From the NCBI GenBank assembly GCA_963837315.1, contig CAWINE010000017.1, forward strand, positions 342,549-406,548: a stretch of DNA of 64,000 bases. Reading direction: 5' to 3'. The stretch is from an uncultured Chloroflexia bacterium (GTDB lineage Bacteria > Chloroflexota > Chloroflexia > QHBQ01 > JADMIH01). The notes beneath the pieces are model-generated. The model was not told the DNA's origin, did no database searches, and worked only from the letters and a program-made list of their open reading frames with translations. Both the position numbers and the translations under genes were made by a program. This document shows positions 62,695 through 64,000 of this stretch, in pieces. The stretch's first letter is position 1. Every line of letters starts with the position of its first letter.

Positions 62695-64000
62695 CGCAAA
62701 AATCTGGGTGAAAGCCGGTAACGGCGGCGACGGAAGCGCCTCGTTTCGGCGCGAGAAGTTTATACCGAAAGGCGGGCCGGACGGCGGGGACGGTGGGCGC
62801 GGCGGCAGCGTCTATCTACGCGTCAACCCCGACCTGAACACGCTCCTGACTTTCCACTACCAGCAGCATTTCAAGGCGCAGCACGGCGGTGCAGGAGCGT
62901 CCAACCAGAAGCATGGCAAGGCGGCTCCCGACCTCTATATCGATGTGCCGCCAGGCACTTTTGTAGAGATTCTGGACGAAAAGCCGCTATCAGGTGCTGC
63001 CGCCGAGATCGTACAGGCCGACCTCGTGCGCCCGGGCGACACGCTAATGGTGGCGCGGGCCGGGCGAGGCGGGCTGGGCAACACCCATTTCAAAACCTCT
63101 ACCCAGCAGGCCCCCAGGTTCGCCGAGAAAGGCGAGCCTGGACAAGAGCGCACAATAGTGATGGAGCTGAAGGTGATAGCCGACGTGGGCATCGTGGGCT
63201 ACCCCAACGTGGGCAAGTCCACCCTGCTGTCGGTGGTAAGCGCGGCTCAGCCCAAAATCGCCGATTACCCCTTCACCACCCTCCAGCCTATGCTGGGCGT
63301 GGTCAGCGTAGACGACTATACGTTCGTGATGGCCGACATTCCAGGCCTGATCGAAGGGGCCAGCGGCGGTGCCGGCCTTGGCCTCGAATTCCTGCGCCAC
63401 GTCGAACGGACTCGCCTCCTCGTACACATGGTAGATGGCTCGGCAGGATTGTGGAATCCCGAATGGGGAGTCCAGGAGGAAGAGAACGACAGATGCAGAC
63501 CAATCCGCAATCCGCAATCCGCAATCCGCAATCGAATCATCCTGCGCAGACCACCGACCCCATTGCCGATTTCAAGCGCATCAACGCGGAGCTGGAGCAG
63601 TACGACTCCGAGCTTGCAGCCAAGCCGCAGGTTATCGCCATCAACAAAGTAGATTTGCAGGAAGTGCGAGACCGCCTGCCGTCGCTCATCAAGCAGTTCC
63701 ACGACCTGGGCTATGACGAGGTTTACCCCATCTCGGCAGCTACGGGCCAGGGAGTGCAAGAGCTGATGGGCGTGGTCGCCGCGAAATTACGCGAGCTGCC
63801 GAAGCCTGCATGGCAAGAAGAGCCGGAAGAAGTTTCTGCAGAAGATGTTATCGTGAAGCCGCGCCATATCGCATCCGAGTCTCGAGCGGTTCGAGATCGT
63901 GCGCGAAGGTAAGCACCACTTCCGCGTGGTCGGCGACAGAGTGGAGCGAATGGTCACAATGACCGATATGAGCAACCCGTTCGCCCTCGACCGGATGCAG
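62681..64000 (+). pseudogene. obg: GTPase Obg/CgtA, interrupted by a repeat insertion and two frame changes; 3' end beyond the window
   Basis: N-terminus [46 protein letters not shown], then G-domain [24 protein letters not shown] (frame A). [38 protein letters not shown] is in frame A-1 (ORF 63451-63912). The OCT domain ERFEIVREGKHHFRVVGDRVERMVTMTD is back in frame A from ~63884. Confidence 0.85.
63443..63555. repeat. AATCCGC-heptamer element inserted inside obg
   Basis: ~113 nt lie between ...HMVDGS and DPIADF. The core is aatccgc x4 at 63502-63529, preceded by a degenerate complementary arm ggattgtggaatcccgaatgggg. The length is not a multiple of 3. Confidence 0.8.

Noticed and set aside
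1-64000. Prophage, transposon, integron, biosynthetic gene cluster or known defence system
   Set aside because: No integrase, transposase, capsid or terminase, cas, restriction-modification, PKS/NRPS or RiPP-maturase-like genes were seen in any frame. The only TA-like genes are the hicB cluster.

Overview
The window is a high-GC bacterial chromosomal segment. The gene content (RNase Y, SpoVS, Bacillus-type large SRP RNA, rpsP-KH-rimM, Obg, LspA, RluD, Tmk, many secreted glycosidase-like proteins) suggests a filamentous Chloroflexota-like organism, but that is inference only. I found no transposases, phage genes, CRISPR arrays or cas genes. Three things stand out. (1) Almost every intergenic region carries an unusual repeat system. 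There are hairpins whose arms are tandem 7-9-nt units (TTACGAA, CTGACAA, CGTAAAA, GACGAAG, AATCCGC, CGCAGAG, TTAGAAA and others). There is also a 150-380-nt mosaic element that strings these units in a fixed order, with at least 7 copies plus fragments. Two such hairpin elements sit inside coding sequences: in frame in a P1B-ATPase, and frame-breaking in obg. Several genes take their start, C-terminal tail or stop codon from the repeats. (2) Six otherwise unrelated secreted proteins share a tandem pair of ~65-aa LGFP-like repeats, probably a surface-anchoring module. (3) There is a translationally coupled pair of XRE-HTH proteins with Hfq/Sm-like C-terminal domains, and an uncharacterised three-gene operon. 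The sequence also carries about 13 reading-frame interruptions, several at homopolymers and three as compensating pairs. These may be assembly indels rather than true pseudogenes. RNA genes found are one SRP RNA and three tRNAs: Arg-GCG, Ser-CGA and Ser-GGA. All calls come from reading the sequence and ORF translations by eye. No database search, HMM, folding or GC computation was run.
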